Counted from the stretch's first letter, positions 1 to 8,639 are shown. The stretch is 64,000 bases of DNA from Thermodesulfobacteriota bacterium (GCA_040754335.1 JBFMCV010000006.1:80710-144709); one strand, 5' to 3'. The notes: generated from the sequence alone by a model not told the origin. Program-made: numbers and translations.

Positions 1-60
1 AAGATGAAAAGCCTCGGCGAGAAGCTCAAGTATGACTAAATCGTTCATTTGTAAACTTCT

Positions 61-172
61 TGTCATCCTGAACCATGTCCTGGATTTGATCCGGGATTGT
101 TTCAGCATCTCGTCTCTTTTTTTTAATTCCCTCCCCCTCTGTAGGAGGGGGGAGGGCTAGGGTGGGGGTGTA
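61..172. repeat. Composite hairpin repeat unit, copy 1: module A (TCATCCTGAACC...GTTTCAGCATCTC, internally deleted) followed by module C (TTCCCTCC..GGAGGGG..GGGTGGGGG)
   Basis: Shares TCATCCTGAACCATGTCCTG and GATCCGGGAT.GTTTCAG with the copies at 268-346 and 568-656. Contains internal inverted repeats. A T8 run lies at 117-124. Confidence 0.75.
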
Positions 173-267
173 CCTCAATTCAATAAAATAAACCAAATCC
201 GTTTGTCCGCCCTGTCCCCCGAAGCTTTAACGAAGGGGGAAGCTTGTCGAAGCATGAACGGGTTAAC

Positions 268-396
268 ATCCTTTAAAGTCAGTCATCCTGAACCATGTCC
301 TGAACCTTGTCCCGGACTCCGATCCGAGATCGTTTCAGGATCTCATATTTTGTCTTTTTATTTCCCCCTTAGAAAAAGGGGGACTAAGGGGGATTT
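268..396. repeat. Composite hairpin repeat unit, copy 2: module A (268-346) followed by module C variant TTTCCCCCTT..AAGGGGG..AAGGGGGATT (361-396)
   Basis: 268-340 matches 568-640 with 2 mismatches. Nested inverted repeats TCCTGAA/TTCAGGA and CCCGGA/TCCG(A/G)G are present. Confidence 0.85.
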
Positions 397-567
397 AGTT
401 TTAACCCCTTCGTCCTGAGCTTGTCGAAGGACGGATTATTTTTCTGTCATTGCAACGGTTCTGAGCGTGCGCAAGAACCGGTCGGTACTGGCTGATTATA
501 GAAGAGCAACTGTACTTAGAAACGATATAATATAAATTCCAACCTCCGGAGGAGCCGCGGCAATCTC

Positions 568-656
568 ATCCTTTTAAGTCAGTCATCCTGAACCATGTCC
601 TGAACCTTGTCCCGGACTCCGATCCGGGATCGTTTCAGGATCATTTCAGGATCTCG
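568..656. repeat. Hairpin repeat module A, copy 3 (with duplicated TTTCAGGATC tail)
   Basis: Near-identical to 268-346 and displaced by exactly 300 nt. Confidence 0.85.
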
Positions 657-727
657 TTTTTAAACTCTCCGGATATAATTCCCCGGAGCATGCCCCCGGC
701 GCGCCGCATCCTTGCCCCTCTCCCCAT

Positions 728-1852
728 TTGCGGTTAATACTTTCCTTCATGCAGGACGACGCAAGGTACTGGATTGCACTCAGCTTCGTAAACGGGATCG
801 GGGACGTCTATATCAAAAACCTCTTTACCAGGTTCCCCAAGGTCGAAGACATATTTAAAGCTTCAGCGAAAAGACTCTCCGAGGTGGAAGGCTTAGGCGA
901 GAAGGCCGTTCAGGCGATCAAGAGCTTTGACGAATGGGAAAAGGTCGATCATGAGGTCGAGAGGATAAAGAAGTCGGGATACGAGTTCATCACACTCGGC
1001 GACCCCGGTTATCCCGAGGAGCTCCTCCGGATCTACAACCCACCTCCCTTCCTTTTCGCGAAGGGCAGCCTCATGCCGCGCGACAGGATATCGATTGCGA
1101 TAGTCGGGACGAGGGTTCCCGACAGGTACGGGCGTACCGTCACGGAGGCCCTCTCGGGGGAGCTCGCCGCTCTGGGCGTGACCATAGTGAGCGGGATGGC
1201 GCGCGGAATAGACTCGATCGCGCAGCAGGAGGCCTTGAGGAGGGGAGGGCGCACGATAGCGGTCCTGGGCTCTGGCGTCGACGTCGTCTACCCGCCCGAG
1301 AACACGAAGCTCTACAGGGATATTTCCGGAAGCGGAGCCGTTCTCTCCGAATTCCTCATAGGCACCCCGCCCCTCGCCCAGAACTTCCCGAGGCGGAACC
1401 GCATCATAAGCGGCTTATCCCTGGGCGTCGTGGTCGTGCAGGCGTCCGACAAGAGCGGCTCCCTCATAAGCGCCTCCTTCGCGCTCGACCAGAATAAAGA
1501 AGTATTCGCCGTTCCCGGGAACGTGGACAGGAAGCTCTCGAGGGGGACCAACTGGCTTATCAAAAGGGGTGCCACGCTCGTAGAGACGGTGGACGATATA
1601 ATAAACGAGATCGAGGTCTTAAGGGATCTGAAGGGTTGCGGTTCGCCGGAAGTCCTCGAAAGCCTCATCTTGTCTCTATCGGACAAGGAGAAGGCCGTGT
1701 ATTCGGTTCTCGGCGGCGAGCCCGTGCACATAGATGATATAATCAGACTTTCCGGGCTCGAACCCTCAAGCGTCCTATCGCTTTTGCTTTCGCTCGAGCT
1801 GAACGGTTATATATCACAACAGCCGGGCAAGCTTTTCCTGAGAAAGCTCTGA
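728..1852 (+). CDS. dprA: DNA-processing protein DprA/Smf
   Basis: 374-aa ORF with the DprA Rossmann-fold signature GMARGIDSIAQQEALRRGGRTIAVLGSGVDVVYPPEN. The ATG at 749 is an alternative start. Confidence 0.9.
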   Translation: MRLILSFMQDDARYWIALSFVNGIGDVYIKNLFTRFPKVEDIFKASAKRLSEVEGLGEKAVQAIKSFDEWEKVDHEVERIKKSGYEFITLGDPGYPEELLRIYNPPPFLFAKGSLMPRDRISIAIVGTRVPDRYGRTVTEALSGELAALGVTIVSGMARGIDSIAQQEALRRGGRTIAVLGSGVDVVYPPENTKLYRDISGSGAVLSEFLIGTPPLAQNFPRRNRIISGLSLGVVVVQASDKSGSLISASFALDQNKEVFAVPGNVDRKLSRGTNWLIKRGATLVETVDDIINEIEVLRDLKGCGSPEVLESLILSLSDKEKAVYSVLGGEPVHIDDIIRLSGLEPSSVLSLLLSLELNGYISQQPGKLFLRKL

Positions 1853-1900
1853 ATTCGCACCGTCTTACTTTAGTCCTAAGCTTTTTATAACCAAAGTATG

Positions 1901-1929
1901 TTGACATTTTAAGACTTTGGTATTGTAAT
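1901..1929 (+). promoter_or_regulatory. Sigma70-like promoter (TTGACA-17 nt-TGTAAT) upstream of the LuxR-type regulator, embedded in a 10-bp dyad
   Basis: TTGACA at 1901-1906, TGTAAT at 1924-1929. Flanked by ATAACCAAAGT (1887-1897) and ACTTTGGTAT (1914-1923). Confidence 0.4.
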
Positions 1930-2022
1930 TATATTAAATTCTCAAGCGTTATTAACCGGTCCGCCGCAATCGTGAGGGTGCGGTCCGGCTGGCGGATCGG
2001 GTTTTTGGGACGGAAGGAGAGC

Positions 2023-2706
2023 ATGTCTCAGCCGAAAGCGGTGTCTAATAACGGCACGGAGCCGATAAGGACTATAGTCGCCTGCCATTTCCCTCTTCTG
2101 AGGGAAGGCATATCGAAGATACTGGAAGACGACCCGGGGATCGATGTAGTCGCAAAGGTCTCTAACCTCATCGACCTGATCCAGTCCTGCGAAGAGCACG
2201 TATTCGATATACTGCTGCTTGACGTCGACCTCCGCGGCCTTAACCTCGCGAGGATATTGAGTCTCATTAAAAAGAACAAGGTCGCGAAGGTGATCCTGAT
2301 AATAGACAACGACTATAACGAGAACCTGCTCATAAACGCGATAAGGTCGGGGGTGAGGGGCTACCTCGTAAAAGACACCGATTCCAGGCACCTGATAAAA
2401 TCGGTCGCCGCCGTCCACAGCGGCGAGCTCTGGGTGGAAAGGAAGCTCATGGGCAAGGTGCTCGACGGCTCCGCGTATCCCGCCAAGACCGTACGGGGCA
2501 AGGGGGAGATATACGACCTCACCGAGACGGAGATAAAAATCATCAAGCTCGTGCTCAACGGCTACACTAACAAGGATGTGGCCGACGAGCTTTACATAAG
2601 CGAGAAGACGGTGAAGTTCCACCTCTATAAAGTGTTCAAGAAGCTCAAGGTGAAGAACAGGTCGGAACTCATATTATTCGGCTTCCGCCACGGGCTCGTC
2701 AGTTAA
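2023..2706 (+). CDS. LuxR/NarL-family transcriptional regulator with an atypical receiver domain
   Basis: C-terminal LuxR HTH: LTETEIKIIKLVLNGYTNKDVADELYISEKTVKFHLYKVFKKLKV. The N-terminal REC-like fold keeps the acceptor Asp (LLLDVDL), but the usual N-terminal acidic pair is replaced (IVACHFP). Start set at ATG 2023, behind the GGAAGGAGA SD; the ORF is open from 1972. Confidence 0.85.
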   Translation: MSQPKAVSNNGTEPIRTIVACHFPLLREGISKILEDDPGIDVVAKVSNLIDLIQSCEEHVFDILLLDVDLRGLNLARILSLIKKNKVAKVILIIDNDYNENLLINAIRSGVRGYLVKDTDSRHLIKSVAAVHSGELWVERKLMGKVLDGSAYPAKTVRGKGEIYDLTETEIKIIKLVLNGYTNKDVADELYISEKTVKFHLYKVFKKLKVKNRSELILFGFRHGLVS

Positions 2707-2869
2707 ATAATCGAGTGTCATAAACACGGCATGCGGGTCTCTTGGGGCGCTCGTCCTTGATTAAGTCCGAAATTGGTACTAAATTAAATCTCTCTGCTTT
2801 GGACGAGAAATCAACTCCGGGTAAATCGTCAATGAAATCAATCCCGTCATCGGGTATGGAGCATACAGC

Positions 2870-4174
2870 ATGAATCTGAGCGTGATCGGCACAGGCTACG
2901 TAGGTCTAGTCACCGGCGCATGCCTCGCAGGGAGCGGCAACAACGTAATATGCGTGGATATAGACGAGAACAAGGTAAAGAGCCTCAAGAAGGGTCATGT
3001 TCCCTTTTACGAGCCCGGCCTCGAAGAGATAGTAAAAAAGAACTTCAAGGAAAAGCGCCTCCATTTTACGACCGACATAGGGCATGCGGTCAGGAATTCT
3101 TTTATCGTACTGATAGCCGTCGGGACCCCTCCCAATCACGACGGCTCGGCGAACATGGATGCGGTGCTGAGCGCCGCGAGGTCGATCGGGGAGCACATGG
3201 ACGATTACAAGATAATAGTTACGAAGAGCACCGTGCCGGTCGGGACTACGGAGATGGTCCGCGACGAGATAAGGAAAATGACCTCCATCGAGTTCGACGT
3301 GGCGTCCAACCCCGAGTTCCTCAAGGAAGGCGACGCGGTAGAGGACTTCATGAAGCCCGACAGGGTTATCATAGGCGTCGACAAGCCTTCCGTGGGTGGG
3401 ATTCTGAAGGAGCTCTACTCGCCCTTCATGCGCTCGGGCGACAGGGCCATAGCGGTATCCATAAGGTCCTCCGAGCTTGCGAAATACACGGCTAACGCCA
3501 TGTTGGCAACGCGCATCTCGTTTATGAACGACATCGCAAATCTTTGCGAGCTCGTAGGGGCCGATATATCCGAGATAAGGGCGGCTATCGGCTCAGACGG
3601 CAGGATAGGCCGCCACTTCCTCTTTCCCGGGATAGGCTACGGCGGTTCCTGCTTCCCCAAGGACGTAAAGGCGCTCGTAAGCATGGCGAAGGGGCTCGGC
3701 TACGACCTCAAGGTCTGCAGGGCGACCGACGAGGTCAACGCGCGCCAGAGGGAGATCTTCTGGAACAAGATCGCGGGATATTACAAGGGCGGGCTCAAAG
3801 GGAAGAGGATAGGGGTCTGGGGGATATCTTTCAAGCCCGAAACGGACGACATCAGGGAAGCGCCTTCGCTTTATATTATAGACAAGCTCACCGGGGCGGG
3901 CGCTGAGGTGGTCGTCCACGACCCCGTCGCCATGGAAAACGCGAAGCTGCATTTCGGCGACAGCGTGCACTACGCCGCGTCCAACTACGACGCGTGCAAG
4001 GGGGCTCACGGGCTCGTGATAAACACCGAATGGAACGAGTACAGGCAGCCCGATTTCACGAAGATGAAAGAGATCATGAAGGACTGCGTGATATTCGACG
4101 GCAGGAACCTCTACGACCCGGCGAAGCTCGGGAATCTCGGGTTCAAATATTTCGGCGTCGGCATGGGCAACTAG
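2870..4174 (+). CDS. ugd: UDP-glucose 6-dehydrogenase
   Basis: N-terminal GTGYVGLVTGACLA NAD fold, catalytic GGSCFPKDV motif, 434 aa. Confidence 0.93.
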   Translation: MNLSVIGTGYVGLVTGACLAGSGNNVICVDIDENKVKSLKKGHVPFYEPGLEEIVKKNFKEKRLHFTTDIGHAVRNSFIVLIAVGTPPNHDGSANMDAVLSAARSIGEHMDDYKIIVTKSTVPVGTTEMVRDEIRKMTSIEFDVASNPEFLKEGDAVEDFMKPDRVIIGVDKPSVGGILKELYSPFMRSGDRAIAVSIRSSELAKYTANAMLATRISFMNDIANLCELVGADISEIRAAIGSDGRIGRHFLFPGIGYGGSCFPKDVKALVSMAKGLGYDLKVCRATDEVNARQREIFWNKIAGYYKGGLKGKRIGVWGISFKPETDDIREAPSLYIIDKLTGAGAEVVVHDPVAMENAKLHFGDSVHYAASNYDACKGAHGLVINTEWNEYRQPDFTKMKEIMKDCVIFDGRNLYDPAKLGNLGFKYFGVGMGN

Positions 4175-4779
4175 ATACCCATCTCGGCGTTTTTCTTCAT
4201 CCTCTTCCCGTAGAGCATGAGCTGGTATCTGTTCTGGAGGTGGAGCTTTTCGAAGATATTCGTGATGTGCGCCTTCACCGTTTTCTCGCTCACGGAAAGC
4301 TTTCCGGCAATGTCTTTATTACTTTCCCCGGCGGCGATGAGCTTGATTATCCTTGATTCCGTTTTCGTGATCCTCGAGCGTTCGGGCTCGTCTGTTTTTT
4401 TAGGGCCGGGAGCCTGACCTTCCTTGCCCCCCTTCTTTATTATCGCGACGAGCTCGGTCGATGTCGTCTCGTGGTTGACGTTGATAAGGTTAGGGGCGCT
4501 CTCTCCGCTCCTCTCTTCCTGTGTAAATTCTATCACCTTTATGTCTCCGGCCTTTATGGCGTGCGAGCGCATGAGCTTCCCGACGTCGTATGCCGATTCC
4601 CTGTTGTCGAGAAATATGAAATCCGGCCTCTCGACCTTTGCGCAGTATCTCAGCTGGCTGAGCCCCGCTCCCTCGGCGACGATTATTATCCCCGGCTCGA
4701 ATTCCAGTATCTTGCGTATGCCGTTCAATATCAGCTTGGAGTCCGATATGAGGGCTATTGTGATTCCTTTCTGGGCCAT
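4171..4779 (-). CDS. LuxR-family regulator with a degenerate receiver-like N-terminal domain
   Basis: C-terminal HTH: ITKTESRIIKLIAAGESNKDIAGKLSVSEKTVKAHITNIFEKLHL. The REC-like N-terminus (FIFLDNRES) lacks the acidic pair and the usual GxGYLxK. Its stop codon overlaps the ugd stop (CTAG at 4171-4174). Confidence 0.8.
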   Translation of the reverse strand: MAQKGITIALISDSKLILNGIRKILEFEPGIIIVAEGAGLSQLRYCAKVERPDFIFLDNRESAYDVGKLMRSHAIKAGDIKVIEFTQEERSGESAPNLINVNHETTSTELVAIIKKGGKEGQAPGPKKTDEPERSRITKTESRIIKLIAAGESNKDIAGKLSVSEKTVKAHITNIFEKLHLQNRYQLMLYGKRMKKNAEMGI

Positions 4780-5136
4780 AGGTTTACAAGTTGATAAATT
4801 CGCAAAAACCGTGCCGCCGGGACGGGAGCCGGCAGACAGCCCTCCGGGCGTTTTAATTTGCCTTCGAATCTCGTGTCATAACGGATGGTTAAGGAGCGGA
4901 TTTGAGAAACTGAATGCGGTTTTTCAAGCGGAAATAGCGTTGCGCCTGATGGTTATAAACTTGCAAACCGGACAAATTTTAGGACAAACTAACAAATTAC
5001 GTCAGGCTTCCGGGAGATGCGGCTCAGACGGGATAGGGCGTCCGGCGATCCGTGTTTCCGTGCATCGGGCATCCGTAAACCTATATTTGCATCAAATTAT
5101 ATTCAGGTAAAATGCCTGTATCTTTTTGGCTAAAGA

Positions 5137-5164
5137 TTGAATCGGTTTTGTTTATGCTTAATAT
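5137..5164 (+). promoter_or_regulatory. Sigma70-like promoter (TTGAAT-16 nt-TAATAT) upstream of topA
   Basis: Hexamers at 5137-5142 and 5159-5164. AGGAGG SD at 5191-5196 precedes ATG 5201. Confidence 0.4.
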
Positions 5165-5200
5165 TGTGATAAACAGGTTAACAGGGGAAAAGGAGGATGA

Positions 5201-7480
5201 ATGGCTAAATCTCTTGTAATAGTGGAGTCTCCCGCCAAGGCGAAGACCATCAAGAAGTTTCTCGGGAAGAGTTTCGCCGTCGAGGCTTCTTCGGGGCATC
5301 TCGTCGACCTCCCGAGCAGCAAGCTCGGCGTCGATATAGAGAACGATTTCAATCCCCACTATGTCGTCATAAAGGGCAAGAGCAAATATTTGAACCAGCT
5401 GAAGAAGGCCGCCAAGGACGCGGACAAGGTCTACCTCGCGTCAGACCCCGACAGGGAAGGCGAGGCCATAGCCTGGCACATAGCCGATAAACTGAACATA
5501 AGGAACAAATCCCACCGCGTCCTCATACACGAAATAACCGAGAACGCCGTCAAGGACTCCATAGCCCATCCGACCACTCTCAGCCAGGACAGGTTCGAAG
5601 CCCAGCAGGCGCGGAGGATCCTCGACCGCCTGGTCGGCTATCAGGTAAGTCCGATCCTGTGGAGGAAGGTCAAGAAGGGCTTGAGCGCGGGCAGGGTGCA
5701 GAGCGTGGCGCTCAGGCTCGTTGTCGACAGGGAGCGCGAGATTGAGGCCTTCAAGACGGAGGAGTACTGGACGATAGAGGCCGACCTCAAGAGGGTCAAG
5801 GATACGCCCGACTCTTCGTTCACCGCGGTGCTGTCGTCTTACGACGGTAAGAAGGCCGAAATATCCGACGAAAAACTAGCGAGCTCGATAGTCGATTCCG
5901 TAAAGAACGAAAAGTTCGTTGTACACTCGGTCGAAAGGAAGGAGAGGAAAAAGAACGCGCTGCCTCCGTTCATCACGAGCACGCTTCAGCAGGAGGCTTC
6001 CCGGAAGCTCAGGTTCTCCGTTAAAAAGACGATGACGCTCGCGCAGAAGCTCTATGAGGGCATCGATCTCGGCGAGGAGGGTCCCGTCGGGCTCATCACG
6101 TACATGAGGACCGACTCGGTGAGGATATCGGCGAACGCGCTCAACGAGGCGAGGGATATAATCAGGCAGACATACGGCGGCGAATACCTGCCCGAAAAGC
6201 CGAATACGTTCAAGGTCAAGAAATCGGCGCAGGACGCCCACGAAGCCATAAGGCCTACTTACGTTAACAAGCTCCCCGATTCCGTAAAACAATACCTCTC
6301 CGACGACGAGTTCCAGCTCTATAAGCTCATATGGCAGAGGTTCGTCGCCTCCCAGATGAACCCGATTATCTACGACCAGACGACGGTCGAGATAAAGGCC
6401 GGGAGAGGGACCTTCAGGGTGACGGGCTCGGTCGTGAAATTCCCCGGATTTTCCGCCGTATATCTCGAAGGCATGGAAGAGGAGGAGGAAGAGAAGGAAA
6501 AGGACGAAATGAAAAAGCTCCCCGAGCTCTCGAAGGGCGAAGAGCTCGACCTCCTGGATGTCAAGGGGATACAGCATTTCACGCAGCCGCCCCCGAGGTT
6601 CACCGAAAGCTCCCTAGTGAAGGAGCTCGAGGAAAAGGGCGTCGGTCGGCCTTCCACTTACGCGACCATACTCTCTACCATTATAGACCGCGAATACGTG
6701 ACCAAGGAGAAGAGCAAGCTCAAGCCCACACTCCTCGGATGCTCGGTGAACGACCTCCTCGTGCAGGGCTTCCCCGAGATAATGGACGTGAAGTTCACGG
6801 CCGACATGGAGGAGAAGCTCGACAACGTGGAGGAGGGCAACGTAAACTGGGTCGAGCTTCTGAAAGGGTTCTATCAGGGGTTCTCGTCGAGACTCGACAA
6901 GGCGCAGGATACCATGAAGAGCCTAAAGAGGGACGGCATACCCACCGACATCGCGTGCGACCTCTGCGGATCGCACATGATCGTGAAATGGGGAAGGAAC
7001 GGGGAGTTCTTGTCGTGCTCGCGGTACCCCGAATGCAAGAACGCGAAGGCTTTCGAGTACGACCCCGAGGGCAATATAAAGGTCGTGGAGAAGGTGCCTC
7101 CTGTGATAAGGGAAGACATAAAGTGCGACAAGTGCAGCGCCCCGATGGTCATAAAGAGGAGCAGGAGGGGCGAGTTCCTCGCGTGCACGCGCTATCCCGA
7201 CTGCAAGAACGCAAAGAATTTCGAATACGACCCCGAGGGCAATATAAAAATTATAGAGAAGGCGGAGCCCGTAATAAGGGAAGACATAAAGTGCGACAAG
7301 TGCGGAAAGCCGATGGCCGTGAGGAGCGGCAGGTTCGGCAAATTCCTCGGCTGCACGGGCTATCCCAAGTGCAGGAACATCAAGGGTATCGACGAGCACG
7401 GAAACCCGGTCGACCCCAAACAGAACGGGAAAGGACAGGGCCGCAAGAAAGCAGGCGGAGATCAGGCGCTCCTCAACTGA
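5201..7480 (+). CDS. topA: DNA topoisomerase I with three C-terminal zinc ribbons
   Basis: Toprim start LVIVESPAKAKTIKKFLG, active-site ITYMRTDSVRIS, and three CxxC..CxxxxxC ribbons (CDLCGS.., CDKCSA.., CDKCGK..). Confidence 0.95.
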   Translation: MAKSLVIVESPAKAKTIKKFLGKSFAVEASSGHLVDLPSSKLGVDIENDFNPHYVVIKGKSKYLNQLKKAAKDADKVYLASDPDREGEAIAWHIADKLNIRNKSHRVLIHEITENAVKDSIAHPTTLSQDRFEAQQARRILDRLVGYQVSPILWRKVKKGLSAGRVQSVALRLVVDREREIEAFKTEEYWTIEADLKRVKDTPDSSFTAVLSSYDGKKAEISDEKLASSIVDSVKNEKFVVHSVERKERKKNALPPFITSTLQQEASRKLRFSVKKTMTLAQKLYEGIDLGEEGPVGLITYMRTDSVRISANALNEARDIIRQTYGGEYLPEKPNTFKVKKSAQDAHEAIRPTYVNKLPDSVKQYLSDDEFQLYKLIWQRFVASQMNPIIYDQTTVEIKAGRGTFRVTGSVVKFPGFSAVYLEGMEEEEEEKEKDEMKKLPELSKGEELDLLDVKGIQHFTQPPPRFTESSLVKELEEKGVGRPSTYATILSTIIDREYVTKEKSKLKPTLLGCSVNDLLVQGFPEIMDVKFTADMEEKLDNVEEGNVNWVELLKGFYQGFSSRLDKAQDTMKSLKRDGIPTDIACDLCGSHMIVKWGRNGEFLSCSRYPECKNAKAFEYDPEGNIKVVEKVPPVIREDIKCDKCSAPMVIKRSRRGEFLACTRYPDCKNAKNFEYDPEGNIKIIEKAEPVIREDIKCDKCGKPMAVRSGRFGKFLGCTGYPKCRNIKGIDEHGNPVDPKQNGKGQGRKKAGGDQALLN

Positions 7481-7562
7481 GGCGCGCGCATCAGGAAAGC
7501 TCCGCGGCCTGTATCGACCTTCCATGTGTAACACACACGGTAATCGCGTATAATTAGATAGA

Positions 7563-8639
7563 ATGCGGCATATGCAGAGAAACTCGAGGCGGATAAATAT
7601 AGGCAGCGTCAGTGTGGGCGGAGGCGCGCCCGTCACCGTGCAGTCCATGACCAAGACCGATACGAGGGACGTCCCGGCCACGGTCGCGCAGATAAAGTCT
7701 CTCGAGAAAGCTGGGTGCGACATAGTACGCCTCGCGGTCCCCGATATGGACGCGGCTCTCGCCCTCGGAAAGATAAAAAAACGGACGAAGATACCCATTG
7801 TCTCGGACATCCATTTCGACTATAAGCTCGCGCTCGAGGCTGTCAGGCAGGGCGTGGACGGCATGAGGATAAACCCCGGCAACATCGGCGCCAGGTACAG
7901 GATAAAGGCCGTCGTCGACGCCGTCAGGGAGAGGGGGATACCCATCAGGATAGGCGTCAATTCAGGCTCCCTCGAGAAAGACATATTGAAAAAGCACGGC
8001 TCCCCGACGCCCGAAGCCCTGGCCGAGAGCGCGCTCAGGCACGTCTCGATACTCGAAGACCTCGATTTCAGAGACATCAAGATATCCGTAAAATCGACCG
8101 ACGTCAGGAAGATGATAGCCGCATACCGCATACTCGCCGAGAAGACGGACTACCCGCTTCATCTGGGCGTCACCGAAGCGGGCACCTACGAGATGGGGAC
8201 CATCAAGTCTTCTGTCGGCATAGGCACGCTCTTAGCCGAAGGCATAGGGGACACCATAAGGGTCTCGCTAACGGGAGACCCTGTCGACGAAATTGATGTC
8301 GGACTCAAGATACTCCGCTCCCTCGGCATGAGGCGGAACGGCATAGAGCTCATCTCGTGCCCCGGATGCGGGAGGCTCGAGATAGACCTCATGAAGTTGG
8401 TCAAGGACGTCGAGCAGAGGATTACCGGGATCGAGCTCCCGAGGCCGATAAAGATCGCCATATTGGGATGCGTCGTGAACGGCCCCGGAGAGGCCTCGGA
8501 GGCGGATATCGGCATAGCCGGCGGCCGCGGCAAGGGCATGTTATATAAGGACGGGAAGCTCGTCCGTTCTTTTAAGGAATGCGAGATCGTGGACGAGCTC
8601 GTGAAGGAGCTCGAGACCTTCGCCGAGCCGGTTAATTAA
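7563..8639 (+). CDS. ispG: 4-hydroxy-3-methylbut-2-en-1-yl diphosphate synthase (flavodoxin)
   Basis: VSVGGGAPVTVQSMT motif, CPGCGR and GCVVNGPGE Fe-S ligand motifs, 358 aa. Confidence 0.93.
   Translation: MRHMQRNSRRINIGSVSVGGGAPVTVQSMTKTDTRDVPATVAQIKSLEKAGCDIVRLAVPDMDAALALGKIKKRTKIPIVSDIHFDYKLALEAVRQGVDGMRINPGNIGARYRIKAVVDAVRERGIPIRIGVNSGSLEKDILKKHGSPTPEALAESALRHVSILEDLDFRDIKISVKSTDVRKMIAAYRILAEKTDYPLHLGVTEAGTYEMGTIKSSVGIGTLLAEGIGDTIRVSLTGDPVDEIDVGLKILRSLGMRRNGIELISCPGCGRLEIDLMKLVKDVEQRITGIELPRPIKIAILGCVVNGPGEASEADIGIAGGRGKGMLYKDGKLVRSFKECEIVDELVKELETFAEPVN

Noticed and set aside
1-39. 3' end of a + strand gene (…KMKSLGEKLKYD*) at the window edge
   Set aside because: Only 12 codons are visible. 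This is too short to confirm coding status or assign a function, so it is not reported as a feature.
203-418. 71-aa ORF (also 8752..9042, 8789..8998 and 30068..30358) lying in the repeat-rich spacers
   Set aside because: These ORFs read straight through the palindromic modules, giving peptides such as HPEPCPEPCPGLRSEIVSGS, CHFEQREKS and KGGSGW. They have no SD or start context, and their similarity to each other is at the DNA-module level in different frames and orientations. They are treated as non-coding repeats.
268-656. Possible CRISPR array, because of two near-identical ~75-nt repeats
   Set aside because: There are only two full copies plus one degenerate copy. The repeats are far longer than CRISPR repeats, the spacing is irregular (about 207 and 300 nt), the same modules occur singly elsewhere, and there are no cas genes.
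6923-7810. Long antisense or alternative-frame ORFs: 6923..7810, 21758..22813, 32322..33254, 56175..57125, 58217..59002, 59115..59966, 1942..2622, 25629..26300, 30392..30799, 38926..39516 and others
   Set aside because: All lie opposite or out of frame to strongly supported conserved genes. They have Arg/Pro/Gly/Val-rich, low-information compositions typical of stop-poor shadow frames in GC3-biased genes, and they carry no motifs.
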